Below, one piece after another: positions 44,399 through 54,550 of a stretch of DNA of 64,000 bases. Position 1 is the stretch's first letter. Every line of letters begins with the position of its first letter. The notes under the pieces are model-generated. The model saw nothing but the letters and a program-made list of their open reading frames with translations, had not been told where the DNA came from and made no database searches. This DNA comes from Syntrophomonadaceae bacterium (GTDB taxonomy: Bacteria; Bacillota; Syntrophomonadia; Syntrophomonadales; Syntrophomonadaceae), in contig JAAYCQ010000147.1 in NCBI GenBank assembly GCA_012729715.1, forward strand, positions 1,624 through 65,623. The letters run 5' to 3'. The position numbers were made by a program, and so were the translations under genes.

Positions 44399-45016
44399 AT
44401 GGCGAAGTTACTGCTAGCAAGCCGCAACCAGCATAAAATAGAAGAGCTGCAGCAGATGCTGGCCGGTTTAAACATTGAAGTAATCAGCCTGGATGATGTG
44501 CCTGATATACCGGTGATTGAGGAAGATGGGAACACATTCAGCGAAAATGCCTGCAAAAAAGCCTGTCTTACTGCTATGTACACTGGCTTTACTTGCCTGG
44601 CTGATGATTCCGGTCTGGTGGTAGACGCTCTGGGAGGACAACCTGGTGTGTATTCTGCTCGTTTTGCCGGGGAAGATGCTGATGACCGGAAAAATAACCA
44701 TAAACTGCTGCAGATGTTGCAAGGGTTTGACGAAGAAAAACGGCGGGCTCGTTTTGTATGCGTTATTGCTATAAGCGATCCCCAGGGTAATGTAAACACT
44801 GTGCAAGGTACATGTGAAGGGCGAATTGATTATGAAGAGCGGGGAACGGAAGGGTTTGGTTACGATCCTCTTTTTATTCCCGAGGGCTATACCCAAACTT
44901 TTGCCCAGCTTTCTCGTGAGGAGAAAAACCGGATTAGCCACCGCGGGCAGGCTCTACTGAAAGCCCGGACTTTACTGGCTGACAGGGGATACCCTGAACG
45001 GGGGCAGGACTTTTGA
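44399..45016 (+). CDS. rdgB: non-canonical purine NTP pyrophosphatase (RdgB/HAM1)
   Basis: Contains LASRNQHKIEE, DDSGL.VDALGG.PGVYSAR, GFGYDP.F and SHRG.A. Confidence 0.93.
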   Translation: MAKLLLASRNQHKIEELQQMLAGLNIEVISLDDVPDIPVIEEDGNTFSENACKKACLTAMYTGFTCLADDSGLVVDALGGQPGVYSARFAGEDADDRKNNHKLLQMLQGFDEEKRRARFVCVIAISDPQGNVNTVQGTCEGRIDYEERGTEGFGYDPLFIPEGYTQTFAQLSREEKNRISHRGQALLKARTLLADRGYPERGQDF

Positions 45017-45483
45017 GGATTGCGGTAGCCGGAGATAGCCATGGTAGAATTGAGACGGTAGCCAGATCCATACAAAAAGTCGAGCCGGATTACCTATTTT
45101 TTACCGGAGATCATTATAGTGACGGAAAAAAACTGGCACGCTGGCTGGATATTGAGTGGTGCGGGGTTATGGGGAATTGCGATTTTGGCCGTAAAGGCAA
45201 GCAGGAACAACAGGTAACCCTGGCTGGACGTACCTTTTATTTGGTCCACGGCCACCAATATGGAGTAAAAAGAAGCCTGAATTCACTGTTTTACCGAGGC
45301 CAGGAACTGGGGGTGGATGTGGTCCTGTTTGGGCATACCCATGTTCCCCTGTGTGAAAAAGTTGCAGGAATATGGTTTATTAATCCGGGAAGCGCTTCCC
45401 TCCCGCGCCTGGGAGGTACCGGTAGTTACGCCCTGATTGACCTTGACGAAAATAATATAACTCCAAGAATCATAGAGCTTTAA
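45013..45483 (+). CDS. YfcE/MJ0936-type metallophosphoesterase
   Basis: Contains IAVAGDSHG, FTGDH, LVHGH and FGHTH. The TTG start overlaps the rdgB stop. Confidence 0.85.
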   Translation: MRIAVAGDSHGRIETVARSIQKVEPDYLFFTGDHYSDGKKLARWLDIEWCGVMGNCDFGRKGKQEQQVTLAGRTFYLVHGHQYGVKRSLNSLFYRGQELGVDVVLFGHTHVPLCEKVAGIWFINPGSASLPRLGGTGSYALIDLDENNITPRIIEL

Positions 45484-45494
45484 AAATTATGGAA

Positions 45495-45546
45495 GTGACA
45501 GCTCCTCCCGGTTTAATCCGGGGAGAGCTGTCACTTTTATTTTTTG
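45495..45546 (+). terminator. intrinsic terminator
   Basis: Long stem gtgacagctcctcccgg / ccggggagagctgtcac, followed by ttttatttttt. Confidence 0.85.
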
Positions 45547-45639
45547 TATAGGTCAATATATTTAGGGAAAAATAGATGAAATTCGTATTTTCTTGCTATA
45601 TTAGAGCAAATTATTTTAATATACTAAGGGAGGATAGAA

Positions 45640-46524
45640 ATGGAAAGCATGTCAGCAGGAGATCCCCGAATTATATTTGGAAAAGACTTGGCTGATGCAA
45701 TAATCGATGAAGTGACTGATGAAGTTGAGAAATTAAGGGCAGCAGGGCACCAACCTCTTCTTATGACCCTGGAAGCAGGAGGTGACCCCGCCTCCAAAGT
45801 TTATCAGGAGTCCCAGCGCCGGGTAGCCCGGCGAGCAGGAATCAACTACGAAACCATCGAGCTTTCTGAAGCTACCTCACAGCAGCGCCTGTTAAAATAT
45901 GTTGACCGTATTAATCGCGACCCCTATATAAACGGCTTGATAGTCAATCTGCCTCTTCCTGAAAGTATTAACACCACTCAGGTTCAGTGGGCAATTGACC
46001 GCAAAAAGGATGTTGAAGGGGTAACTCCCTGCAACTTGGGTGGACTTTTTCTGGGAGCCGAGGGGCTGCGTCCCTGTACTGCTCAGGCTATTTTAGCTCT
46101 TATAAAATCGACTGGTATTGAGCTAAGAGGTAAAGAGGTGGTTGTTGTTGGGCATAGTGAAATAGTAGGTAAACCTACAGCTTTGTTGCTGCTTCATGAA
46201 GATGCTACGGTTAGTGTATGTCATTATGCTACTTCTCAGCGGGGTATGTTGGAAGAGCATGTTAGAAATGCTGAGATACTGGTGGTAGCAGTAGGCAAAC
46301 CCGGGCTAATTAAGGGCGAATGGATAAAAGAAGGTGCCCTGGTTATTGATGCCGGAATAAACAATGTTGACGATAAAATTGTGGGAGATGTGGAATTTGA
46401 ATCTGCTCTGGAGAGAGCTGCTTATATTACCCCGGTTCCAGGGGGTGTTGGGGCGGTAACGGTAGCTTACTTAATGAAAAATACCCTGGAAGCCCTGTGC
46501 TGGCAGATGAAAGCAAATAGCTGA
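45640..46524 (+). CDS. folD: bifunctional 5,10-methylene-THF dehydrogenase / methenyl-THF cyclohydrolase
   Basis: Contains DP.S.VY, NGL.V.LPLP, DV.G..P.N.G and GHS.IVGKP...LL, with C-terminal TPVPGGVG..T. Confidence 0.92.
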   Translation: MESMSAGDPRIIFGKDLADAIIDEVTDEVEKLRAAGHQPLLMTLEAGGDPASKVYQESQRRVARRAGINYETIELSEATSQQRLLKYVDRINRDPYINGLIVNLPLPESINTTQVQWAIDRKKDVEGVTPCNLGGLFLGAEGLRPCTAQAILALIKSTGIELRGKEVVVVGHSEIVGKPTALLLLHEDATVSVCHYATSQRGMLEEHVRNAEILVVAVGKPGLIKGEWIKEGALVIDAGINNVDDKIVGDVEFESALERAAYITPVPGGVGAVTVAYLMKNTLEALCWQMKANS

Positions 46525-46598
46525 TTATTTTTAGAAATCAGTGCATTAATTACTATTTTGGCGTAAAATCGATATTGAATTGTACGAGGAGGGACAAA

Positions 46599-47699
46599 AT
46601 GTCATTAAAACAGACACCGTTATATGAAATGCACCAAAAATACGGTGGTAAAATTATTGATTTCGGGGGCTGGGCACTTCCGGTTCAATTTGCTGGAATT
46701 ATTAAAGAGCACCATATGGTGCGGCAAAAAGCTGGTCTTTTTGATGTTTCCCATATGGGGGAAATAAGCATTAAAGGACCCCGGGCACTGGAATTTACCC
46801 GTTATCTGGTTACCAATGATGTAAAGCAACTTAAGGATAAGCAGATTATTTATGCCCTCATGTGTTACCCTGACGGCGGAGTAGTGGACGACCTGCTGGT
46901 CTATAAATTTTCTGATGATAACATTTTCCTGGTAGTTAATGCTGCCAATCTGGATAAAGATTTTGCCTGGATTAAAGAACATGCTTTTCCCGACGTGGAA
47001 GTGGAAAACTTGTCTGATCAATATGCCCAACTGGCGGTGCAGGGACCTGAGGCGGAAAGGATATTGCAAAAGATATCTGATACCGACCTGGGCAGTATAA
47101 AGTTTTTCTGGTTTAATCCGGAGGTTAAAATTGCCGGGATTGAGTGTATAGTTTCCAGGACTGGATATACCGGTGAAGATGGTTTCGAAATTTATGTTAG
47201 CGCGGATAAAGCTGCCTACCTCTGGGAAAAGATTTTGGAAGCGGGAGGAGAAAACATTGCCCCCATAGGTCTAGGAGCCCGGGATACACTGCGCTTTGAG
47301 GCCAAGTTACCGCTTTACGGCCAGGAACTGGATAAGGATATTACTCCCCTGGAGGCAGGATTAGGGTTTTTTGTAAAGCTGCAGGATGATGACTTTATCG
47401 GCAAAGAAGCCCTGGTAAAACAAAAACAAGATAACCCGGGACGCGTGCTGGTAGAGTTTGAAATGGTGGGTAAAGGCATACCCCGGTCGCATTATGAGGT
47501 GGAAAAAGACGGGGTCAATATTGGCTGGGTAACCACTGGTGCCCACGCACCTACAATGAACCGGGCTATTGGACTGGCTCTGATTAAACGTGAATTTAAC
47601 TTGCCTGGCGAAGAAATTGATATAATAATCCGCGGTAAAGCTGTCAAAGCTAGAATAGCCAAAGGAATATTCTACAGTAAAAATACCAAAAGCAAGTAA
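46599..47699 (+). CDS. gcvT: glycine cleavage system T protein (aminomethyltransferase)
   Basis: Contains LKQTPLYE.H...GGK...FGGW..PVQF and DVSHMGE. ATG 46599 has RBS gaggaggg. Confidence 0.93.
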   Translation: MSLKQTPLYEMHQKYGGKIIDFGGWALPVQFAGIIKEHHMVRQKAGLFDVSHMGEISIKGPRALEFTRYLVTNDVKQLKDKQIIYALMCYPDGGVVDDLLVYKFSDDNIFLVVNAANLDKDFAWIKEHAFPDVEVENLSDQYAQLAVQGPEAERILQKISDTDLGSIKFFWFNPEVKIAGIECIVSRTGYTGEDGFEIYVSADKAAYLWEKILEAGGENIAPIGLGARDTLRFEAKLPLYGQELDKDITPLEAGLGFFVKLQDDDFIGKEALVKQKQDNPGRVLVEFEMVGKGIPRSHYEVEKDGVNIGWVTTGAHAPTMNRAIGLALIKREFNLPGEEIDIIIRGKAVKARIAKGIFYSKNTKSK

Positions 47700-47722
47700 A
47701 TATAAAATGGAGGGATACTTAA

Positions 47723-48106
47723 ATGAACATACCAAAAAACCTGCTGTACACTAGTGAACATGAATGGATTAGAGTTGATGGCGACCAGGTGTACCTGGGC
47801 ATTACCGACTTTGCTCAGCATCACCTGGGTGACATAGTTTTCGTCGAATTACCCGAGCTTGATACCGAGGTTGTTTCAGGAGATTCGATTGCCGTAGTTG
47901 AGTCGGTCAAGGCAGTTTCTTCAGTTTATAGTCCGGTTAGTGGTACTGTGGTGGAGAACAACGAAGAATTAGAAGACTCCCCGGAACTGCTTAATGAGGA
48001 TCCCTATACTAACCATATTGCTGTTATAAATATCGATAACCCGGATCAACTGGAAGACCTTATGTCTCCCGCAGCTTATGAAGCTTTTTGTGCGGAACAG
48101 GAGTAG
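47723..48106 (+). CDS. gcvH: glycine cleavage system H protein
   Basis: Contains YT.EHEW...DG....GITD.AQ..LGDIVFVELP and the lipoyl-Lys motif ESVKAVS. Confidence 0.95.
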   Translation: MNIPKNLLYTSEHEWIRVDGDQVYLGITDFAQHHLGDIVFVELPELDTEVVSGDSIAVVESVKAVSSVYSPVSGTVVENNEELEDSPELLNEDPYTNHIAVINIDNPDQLEDLMSPAAYEAFCAEQE

Positions 48107-48119
48107 GGAGGAAACACTA

Positions 48120-49433
48120 ATGAAATATACTCCCAATTCACCGACTGTGGTGGAGGATATGCTTCGTAGCACAGGATTCAGCAGTTTGGATGAACTTTTT
48201 ACTGATATTCCGGAAGCAATTAAACTAAAACGGGAGCTAAATTTGGGCTCCGGCCGTGGTGAAATAGAACTGACTCGGGAACTGAAAGGACTGGCAGCCA
48301 AAAACCTCACTACCGAGGATTACGCCTGTTTTCTGGGAGCGGGGGCTTATGACCACTATATACCTGCGGCTATAGACCAACTGTTGCTGCGTTCCGAATT
48401 TTACACCGCCTACACCCCTTATCAGGCGGAAATAAGCCAGGGGATACTGCAGTCCATATTCGAATACCAGAGCATGATTTGCCTGCTGACCGGTATGGAT
48501 GTGGCCAATGCCTCCATGTACGACGGTGGCAGTGCTCTGGCCGAGGCTTGTAACCTGGCCTGTACCAATGCGAAAGGGAAAAAAGTCCTACTTCCGGATA
48601 CGGTTCACCCGGAATATGTGCAGGTCTTAAAAACTTATGCAATTTCAGGCAAAATGGACATAGTCACCGTACCTTCAGACCGGGGCGTCAGTGACTTGGA
48701 TAAAATGATTTCCCTGGTAGATAAAGATACCGCCTGTGTAGTAATCCAACAGCCCAATTTTTTTGGCCACCTGGAAGAGGTGGAAAAATTGGCTGATGCT
48801 GTACACGGGCAAAAAGGGTTCCTGGTCATGGCAGTTGACCCTATATCACTGGCTATTTTAAAACCACCGGCAGAACTGGGAGCAGACATCGTGGTAGGAG
48901 AAGGACAACCGCTGGGCAACAGCCTGAGCTTTGGAGGACCCTACCTGGGCTTTTTTGCCGCGTCTAAAAAATTCCTGCGCAAATTACCCGGCCGTATCGT
49001 AGGCCAAACTACCGATACTGAAGGTAGACGAGCCTTTGTTTTAACCCTGCAGGCTCGGGAGCAGCACATTCGCCGGGAAAAAGCCAGCTCCAATATTTGC
49101 TCCAACCAGGCCTTAAATGCCCTGGCAGCCACAATGTACTTGACTCTTATAGGCAGCACCGGCCTGCAAGCTATTGCTACGCGCTGCCACCAATTGGCGG
49201 TTTATGCTGCCCAAGAATTGGAGAAAGCCGGGTTAAAGCTAAAATATCAACACCCCTTCTTCCGTGAATTTGCCGTATTGATGGATGACCCGGCCGGGGT
49301 CAATGACCGGCTACTACAAAACGGAATAATTGGGGGCTACGAATTACCGGATGCCATGCTGCTGGCTTTTACCGAGAAAAGGACCAGAGCGGAAATCGAT
49401 CGGCTGGTTGCGGTGTTAGGAGGTAGGGCATAA
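48120..49433 (+). CDS. gcvPA: glycine dehydrogenase (decarboxylating) subunit 1
   Basis: Contains [27 protein letters not shown] and [22 protein letters not shown] 48120 has RBS gggagga. Confidence 0.93.
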   Translation: MKYTPNSPTVVEDMLRSTGFSSLDELFTDIPEAIKLKRELNLGSGRGEIELTRELKGLAAKNLTTEDYACFLGAGAYDHYIPAAIDQLLLRSEFYTAYTPYQAEISQGILQSIFEYQSMICLLTGMDVANASMYDGGSALAEACNLACTNAKGKKVLLPDTVHPEYVQVLKTYAISGKMDIVTVPSDRGVSDLDKMISLVDKDTACVVIQQPNFFGHLEEVEKLADAVHGQKGFLVMAVDPISLAILKPPAELGADIVVGEGQPLGNSLSFGGPYLGFFAASKKFLRKLPGRIVGQTTDTEGRRAFVLTLQAREQHIRREKASSNICSNQALNALAATMYLTLIGSTGLQAIATRCHQLAVYAAQELEKAGLKLKYQHPFFREFAVLMDDPAGVNDRLLQNGIIGGYELPDAMLLAFTEKRTRAEIDRLVAVLGGRA

Positions 49434-50887
49434 TGAGTAAACTTATTTTTGAAAAAAACCATAAGGGAAGTAATAGCTTTACCATACCCCCAGCCGACAT
49501 ACCGGAGGTGGATATTGCAGCTACCATTCCCCCTTCTTTTTTGCGGGAAGCCGCCCCGCACCTGCCTGATATTAGCGAAGTGGAAGCGGTAAGACATTTT
49601 GTAGACCTTTCCCATAAAGCTTATGGAGTAGATAATGGGTTTTATCCTCTGGGTTCCTGTACTATGAAGTACAGTCCCAAGATTAATGAATGGGCCGCGC
49701 GCCTACCCGGATTTTCGAACATTCATCCTTACCAGCCGGCTCAAACCGTACAGGGTGCAATGGAACTGCTCTATAATATGCAAAACCTGTTGGCGGAAAT
49801 TACCGGCATGGACGCTGTTACCCTGCAACCGGCAGCTGGAGCTCATGGTGAGATGACCGGGGTTATGGTAATCAAGGCGTATCACCAGCACCGTAATGAC
49901 CACCACCGCACCAAAATGATGGTGCCGGACTCTGCCCATGGAACTAATCCGGCTACTGCCAACGTGGTAGGTTTTGATGTAATAGAGGTTAAATCCAACA
50001 GCCGCGGTTTGGTAGACCTGGAAGACCTCAAGAGCAAGATGAGCCCTGAAATAGCTGGTTTAATGCTGACTAACCCTAACACCCTGGGCTTATTCGAGGA
50101 AGAAATTCAGGATATTGCTGCCGTAATTCATGAAGCCGGGGGACTGCTTTACTATGATGGCGCCAATCTCAATGCAATAATGGGTATATCCCGCCCGGGA
50201 GACATGGGTTTTGACGTAGTGCATCTTAACCTGCACAAAACCTTCTCTACCCCTCATGGAGGCGGAGGTCCCGGTTCGGGCCCGGTAGGGGTGAAATCCC
50301 ACCTGGCGGATTATCTGCCGGTCCCCCTGGTAGTTAAAGAAAATGATAAATATGTTTTTGACTATAACCGTCCCCAATCTATAGGCAAGGTGAAAAACTT
50401 CTACGGCAACTTTGGGGTAATAGTAAAGGCGTATACCTATATTCTTGCCCTGGGGGCTGAAGGTATCAAAGATGCTGCTCAGCAGGCAGTACTTAATGCC
50501 AACTATTTGCGACAGCAATTAAAGAAAGATTATCATATACCTTTTGATCGTCTGTGCAAGCATGAATTTGTGGCTACTGCCAAAACCCAAATGGATGAAA
50601 ACGGGGTAACTACCCTGGACATTGCCAAACGTTTAACTGATTATGGTTTCCACCCGCCAACGGTTTATTTCCCCTTAATCGTAAAGGAGGCCTTGATGAT
50701 AGAGCCTACCGAAACCGAAACAAAGGAGAGGCTGGATGATTTCCTGCAGGCCATGTCTGCTATAGCCGAAGAGGCCCGCAACCATCCGGAAATCGTCACC
50801 GCTGCGCCTAATAATGCCGTGATTACAAGGGTGGACGAAGTCACCGCCGCTCGCAATCCTATTGTTAAGTGGGAGGATAATTTTTAA
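49433..50887 (+). CDS. gcvPB: glycine dehydrogenase (decarboxylating) subunit 2
   Basis: Contains [37 protein letters not shown] (PLP Lys) and PTE.E.K. The start overlaps the gcvPA stop. Confidence 0.95.
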   Translation: MSKLIFEKNHKGSNSFTIPPADIPEVDIAATIPPSFLREAAPHLPDISEVEAVRHFVDLSHKAYGVDNGFYPLGSCTMKYSPKINEWAARLPGFSNIHPYQPAQTVQGAMELLYNMQNLLAEITGMDAVTLQPAAGAHGEMTGVMVIKAYHQHRNDHHRTKMMVPDSAHGTNPATANVVGFDVIEVKSNSRGLVDLEDLKSKMSPEIAGLMLTNPNTLGLFEEEIQDIAAVIHEAGGLLYYDGANLNAIMGISRPGDMGFDVVHLNLHKTFSTPHGGGGPGSGPVGVKSHLADYLPVPLVVKENDKYVFDYNRPQSIGKVKNFYGNFGVIVKAYTYILALGAEGIKDAAQQAVLNANYLRQQLKKDYHIPFDRLCKHEFVATAKTQMDENGVTTLDIAKRLTDYGFHPPTVYFPLIVKEALMIEPTETETKERLDDFLQAMSAIAEEARNHPEIVTAAPNNAVITRVDEVTAARNPIVKWEDNF

Positions 50888-50996
50888 TTTTGAATTTTGA
50901 ATTATGAATTATGGAAGGGAAAAGCTTTGCTTTTCCCAACCTTAATCAAAAATTAGGAATTAAGAATTCAATATTCTTACAGGAGATTGGTATGAA

Positions 50997-52379
50997 ATGA
51001 AGGATTTAGTTATTATCGGAGGGGGGCCGGGGGGCTATGTAGCAGCTATTCGCGCCCGGCAACTGGGTATGACCGTAACCCTGGTAGAGAAAGAGGCCGT
51101 TGGCGGCACCTGCCTTAATCATGGTTGCATACCCACTAAAGCCTACTACCGCAATGCCGAAATAATGAGGGATTTATCCCATGCAGAAGAGTTTGGCATT
51201 TCGATAGCAGGACTGAAATTTAGTATGCAGCAAGCCCGGGAGCGCAAGGAACGGATAGTAAAAACCCTGGTTTCCGGGGTAGAAAAACTCCTGGCTGATT
51301 ATGGTGTGGAAGTTGTCAAAGGAAATGCCACATTGCTGGACCGTAATACTGTTGCTGTGTCCGGACAGGAAATTAAATCAGGACAAATATTACTTGCTAC
51401 CGGCTCCACCTCTGCCTCCCTGCCCATCCCCGGTTTAGAACTGGATGGGGTAGTTGATAGTACCAGTTTACTGCAAATAAGCGAAGTGCCACCTCGCCTG
51501 GCCATTATTGGAGGCGGGGTAATCGGCCTGGAATTTGCCTGTATTTTTAACTCCTTCGGCAGCCAGGTAACAGTTATAGAGTATCTGCCCTCCATACTAA
51601 ACCTTTTGGATCGGGAAATTAGTAAACGTATGGGAGTTTTCTTGAAAAGACAGGGAATAACCGTGCATAGTTCTACTGCGGTTGAAAAGGTAGAACGAAA
51701 TGGAAATGAACTGTTATTAACTGCTAAAGGTAAAAAAGGCGAGCTAAGTATCCCTACTGACCTGGTTCTGGTTTCCGCCGGACGCAGACCTTTAACTGCC
51801 GGACTTAATCTTGAAATGTTGGGTATAGCAACTGATGACCACGGGTTTATAAAAGTTGATAAAAACTACGCTACCACTGTTCCGGGTATCTATGCCATCG
51901 GTGATGTAATTGGTGGTTTGATGCTAGCCCATGTGGCTTCCGAAGAAGGTATCACAGCAGTAGAGAAGATTGCAGGCTACAGTAGTCAGATTCATTATAA
52001 TGCCGTTCCCAGTTGTATTTTTACCTTCCCAGAAATTGCTACCGTAGGTATGAGTGAAGAAGAATGCGCGAGTCAGGGGATAAAATACCGGGTGGGTAAA
52101 TTTAACTTTGCTGCCAACGGCAAAGCTCTGACCCTGGGTGAGACTGATGGTCTGGTTAAAGTTATCGCCGATGAGGACGACGTTATTCGCGGTGTTCATA
52201 TCATTGGTCCTCATGCCAGTGATTTAATCCTGGAGGGAACCATGTTGGTAAAAGAAGGAGTAAAAGCCCCGGACTTCGTCGGTACCATTCACGCCCATCC
52301 TACTCTGGGAGAAGTCCTGATGGAGGCCATTCTAGATATCAACGGGCAAGCCCTTCACCTCTCCCCCCGAAAACGCTAA
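50997..52379 (+). CDS. lpdA: dihydrolipoyl dehydrogenase
   Basis: Contains GGGPGGYVAAIRA, the redox disulfide GGTCLNHGCIPTK and C-terminal HAHPTLGE. Confidence 0.93.
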   Translation: MKDLVIIGGGPGGYVAAIRARQLGMTVTLVEKEAVGGTCLNHGCIPTKAYYRNAEIMRDLSHAEEFGISIAGLKFSMQQARERKERIVKTLVSGVEKLLADYGVEVVKGNATLLDRNTVAVSGQEIKSGQILLATGSTSASLPIPGLELDGVVDSTSLLQISEVPPRLAIIGGGVIGLEFACIFNSFGSQVTVIEYLPSILNLLDREISKRMGVFLKRQGITVHSSTAVEKVERNGNELLLTAKGKKGELSIPTDLVLVSAGRRPLTAGLNLEMLGIATDDHGFIKVDKNYATTVPGIYAIGDVIGGLMLAHVASEEGITAVEKIAGYSSQIHYNAVPSCIFTFPEIATVGMSEEECASQGIKYRVGKFNFAANGKALTLGETDGLVKVIADEDDVIRGVHIIGPHASDLILEGTMLVKEGVKAPDFVGTIHAHPTLGEVLMEAILDINGQALHLSPRKR

Positions 52380-52382
52380 TTT

Positions 52383-52500
52383 AGTAAGAAAATAGACCAT
52401 AGACGCGGACTCGCTTCGCTCGCACGGATTCCATAAGGATTAACGCGGCGGATTTTTATAAACAATTTTTCCACGTATCACTCAGCGGATTCCATGTATA
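52383..52500. repeat. family A repeat variant (word = ACGCGGA / CACGGAT)
   Basis: agaaaatagacc is at 52387-52398, followed by gacgcggactcgcttcgctcgcacggatt..attaacgcggcggattttt and cagcggattcc. Confidence 0.7.
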
Positions 52501-52515
52501 GGAGTAGGAAAAAAT

Positions 52516-53496
52516 ATGCTGGAAATAATTAATCGGTCCAATGACCCGTTTTTTAACCTGGCCCTGGAGGAGTACCTTCTTGATAATCCTGAAATCAAGG
52601 AGGACATCTTTCTGTTATGGCAAAATCGCCCGGTTGTAGTGGTGGGCAGAAACCAAAATACCATTGAAGAAATAAACCAGCGCTTTATCCAGGATAAAGG
52701 GATAGAGGTGGTGCGCCGGATATCCGGAGGTGGCGCGGTTTACCACGATTTAGGCAATATTAATTTCACCTTTATTGTTAATGATGCTCCTTCCCTTACC
52801 CTGGACTTTACTCGTTTTACGGCTCCGGTGATTAGAGCCCTGCAAACCATAGGGGTAAAAGCGGAAGACCAGGGGCGCAATGATATCAGTATAGATGGCC
52901 GGAAATTCTCCGGTAATGCCCAGTGCCGTCAGCAGGGTCGGCTTATGCACCATGGTACCATCCTTTTTGATACTAACCTGGAGGATATGGAGCAGGCCTT
53001 AACGGTTGACTCTACCAAGATAAGTTCCAAAGGGGTTAAGTCGGTTAGAAGCAGGGTAACTAACATCACCGAGCATCTCTCGTCACCTGTGAGTATCGAC
53101 GAATTTCAGGATATTCTTAGCAATACCATAGATGAGAATGGGAAACGCCGGGAACTGAGTTCAACCGAGTTATCTATCGTAGAATCTCTGCGGGATAATA
53201 AATTTCGCCGCTGGGAATGGGTATACGGTTTTTCCCCTCCATTCAATGTACGAAAATCTCAACGTTTTGACTGGGGAAGTATCGACTTTCGCATTAATGT
53301 TAAAAAAGGTCTGATAACGGATTGCAAAATCTACGGTGACTTTTTTGCCACCGGGGATATTAGTTTAATTGAGCAAGAGCTTATAGGGGTACGCTATCGG
53401 GACGAAGATCTGCTCCAGGCGTTGGAGCACATTAACCTGGCCTCCTATTTCCCCCAGGCCTATGTTAAAGATATAATTAACTTAATTAGCCTGTAA
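52516..53496 (+). CDS. lplA: lipoate-protein ligase
   Basis: Contains NLALEEYLL, VVVGRNQN, RR.SGGGAVYHD.GN and GRKFSGNAQ (Lys motif). Confidence 0.9.
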   Translation: MLEIINRSNDPFFNLALEEYLLDNPEIKEDIFLLWQNRPVVVVGRNQNTIEEINQRFIQDKGIEVVRRISGGGAVYHDLGNINFTFIVNDAPSLTLDFTRFTAPVIRALQTIGVKAEDQGRNDISIDGRKFSGNAQCRQQGRLMHHGTILFDTNLEDMEQALTVDSTKISSKGVKSVRSRVTNITEHLSSPVSIDEFQDILSNTIDENGKRRELSSTELSIVESLRDNKFRRWEWVYGFSPPFNVRKSQRFDWGSIDFRINVKKGLITDCKIYGDFFATGDISLIEQELIGVRYRDEDLLQALEHINLASYFPQAYVKDIINLISL

Positions 53497-53578
53497 TATG
53501 TCCGGGGACAGTCCCCGGACTTATTCGGTCGGGGCGCGCTTGCCCCCAATAAGTTCGGGGACTGTCCCCGGACATATT
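53495..53578. repeat. 84-nt nested palindrome
   Basis: 31-nt arms aatatgtccggggacagtccccggacttatt (53495-53525) and aataagttcggggactgtccccggacatatt (53548-53578) have 1 mismatch. Each arm contains the sub-palindrome tccggggac.gtccccgga. The centre carries ggggc/gcccc. Confidence 0.9.
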
Positions 53579-53599
53579 TTATTCGGAAGGAGATGAAAT

Positions 53600-54490
53600 A
53601 TGAATACGCATGTTTTACAGGGCAATACCTGGGCGATAAATTTTCCCAGTGCAATTGGCATTTACGTCTTTCCTGATAACACTTGTCTGCTGATAGACAG
53701 CGGAGCTAGTGAGGCCTTTGGCCGCCGTACACTTAAGATTCTGGACAACTGGGGTTTTCATACCCGGGCCTTATTTAATACCCATGCCCATGCTGACCAT
53801 TGTGGTGGAAACCGTTATTTGCAGGAAACAACCGGCTGTGAAATATATGCTTCTCCAATAGAGGCAGCTTTTATAGAAAACCCAATATTAATACCTTATG
53901 GCTTATTTTCAGCCAGTCCGGTAAAAGCGCTGAAGAACAAATATTTGATGCCGGAAGCTTCGCGGGTAGATTTTCGCGTAGAAGAAGGTGAATTATTTAT
54001 TGATGGCGCTTGCTTTAAGATTTTGCCTCTCCCCGGTCACAGCCTGGGACACACTGGAATCATTACCCCGGATGAAGTTTTATTTGCTGGTGACAGCCTG
54101 ACCAGTATAGATATATTAAAGGGATTTCCTTTTCTATACCTGGCTGATGTAGAAAAACACCTGGATACTTTAAAGACCTTGAGAGGCCTCAATATGGACC
54201 GGGTATTTCTGCCTCACGGTGGTTTACAGGATAATATTCCTCAGTTGATTGACTACAACTACCAAGTCTTAATGAATTTATTAGACTACATACTTCAGGT
54301 AATTGACTCACCTCGGGGGCGGGAAGAAATACTTCCCCTGGTAGTGGAAAAATTCAACCTGCCCTTAAACCGTAATCAGTATGTTCTCATACTTTCCAGC
54401 CTATCCGCCTGCCTCTCCTACCTTTGCAATACCAAACAAGCCAAGGTTTATACGGAAAAAAACCGCCTGCTGTTTATAAAAAGGGATTAG
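53600..54490 (+). CDS. MBL-fold metallo-hydrolase
   Basis: HAHADHCGG (HxHxDH) motif plus downstream GHSLGH and a later HG. Confidence 0.85.
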   Translation: MNTHVLQGNTWAINFPSAIGIYVFPDNTCLLIDSGASEAFGRRTLKILDNWGFHTRALFNTHAHADHCGGNRYLQETTGCEIYASPIEAAFIENPILIPYGLFSASPVKALKNKYLMPEASRVDFRVEEGELFIDGACFKILPLPGHSLGHTGIITPDEVLFAGDSLTSIDILKGFPFLYLADVEKHLDTLKTLRGLNMDRVFLPHGGLQDNIPQLIDYNYQVLMNLLDYILQVIDSPRGREEILPLVVEKFNLPLNRNQYVLILSSLSACLSYLCNTKQAKVYTEKNRLLFIKRD

Positions 54491-54550
54491 GTCTAACTAA
54501 AAAACTATAATCCGAATGAATACTAATAAAAAAGTCAAAAGAAAATGGTT

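Noticed and set aside
46525-46598. Glycine riboswitch upstream of gcvT, as found in Bacillus.
   Set aside because: The gap is only 74 nt, and the folD leader is about 95 nt after its terminator. Both are too short for the tandem aptamer, and I see no conserved glycine-aptamer core. This needs a covariance-model scan to be definitive.
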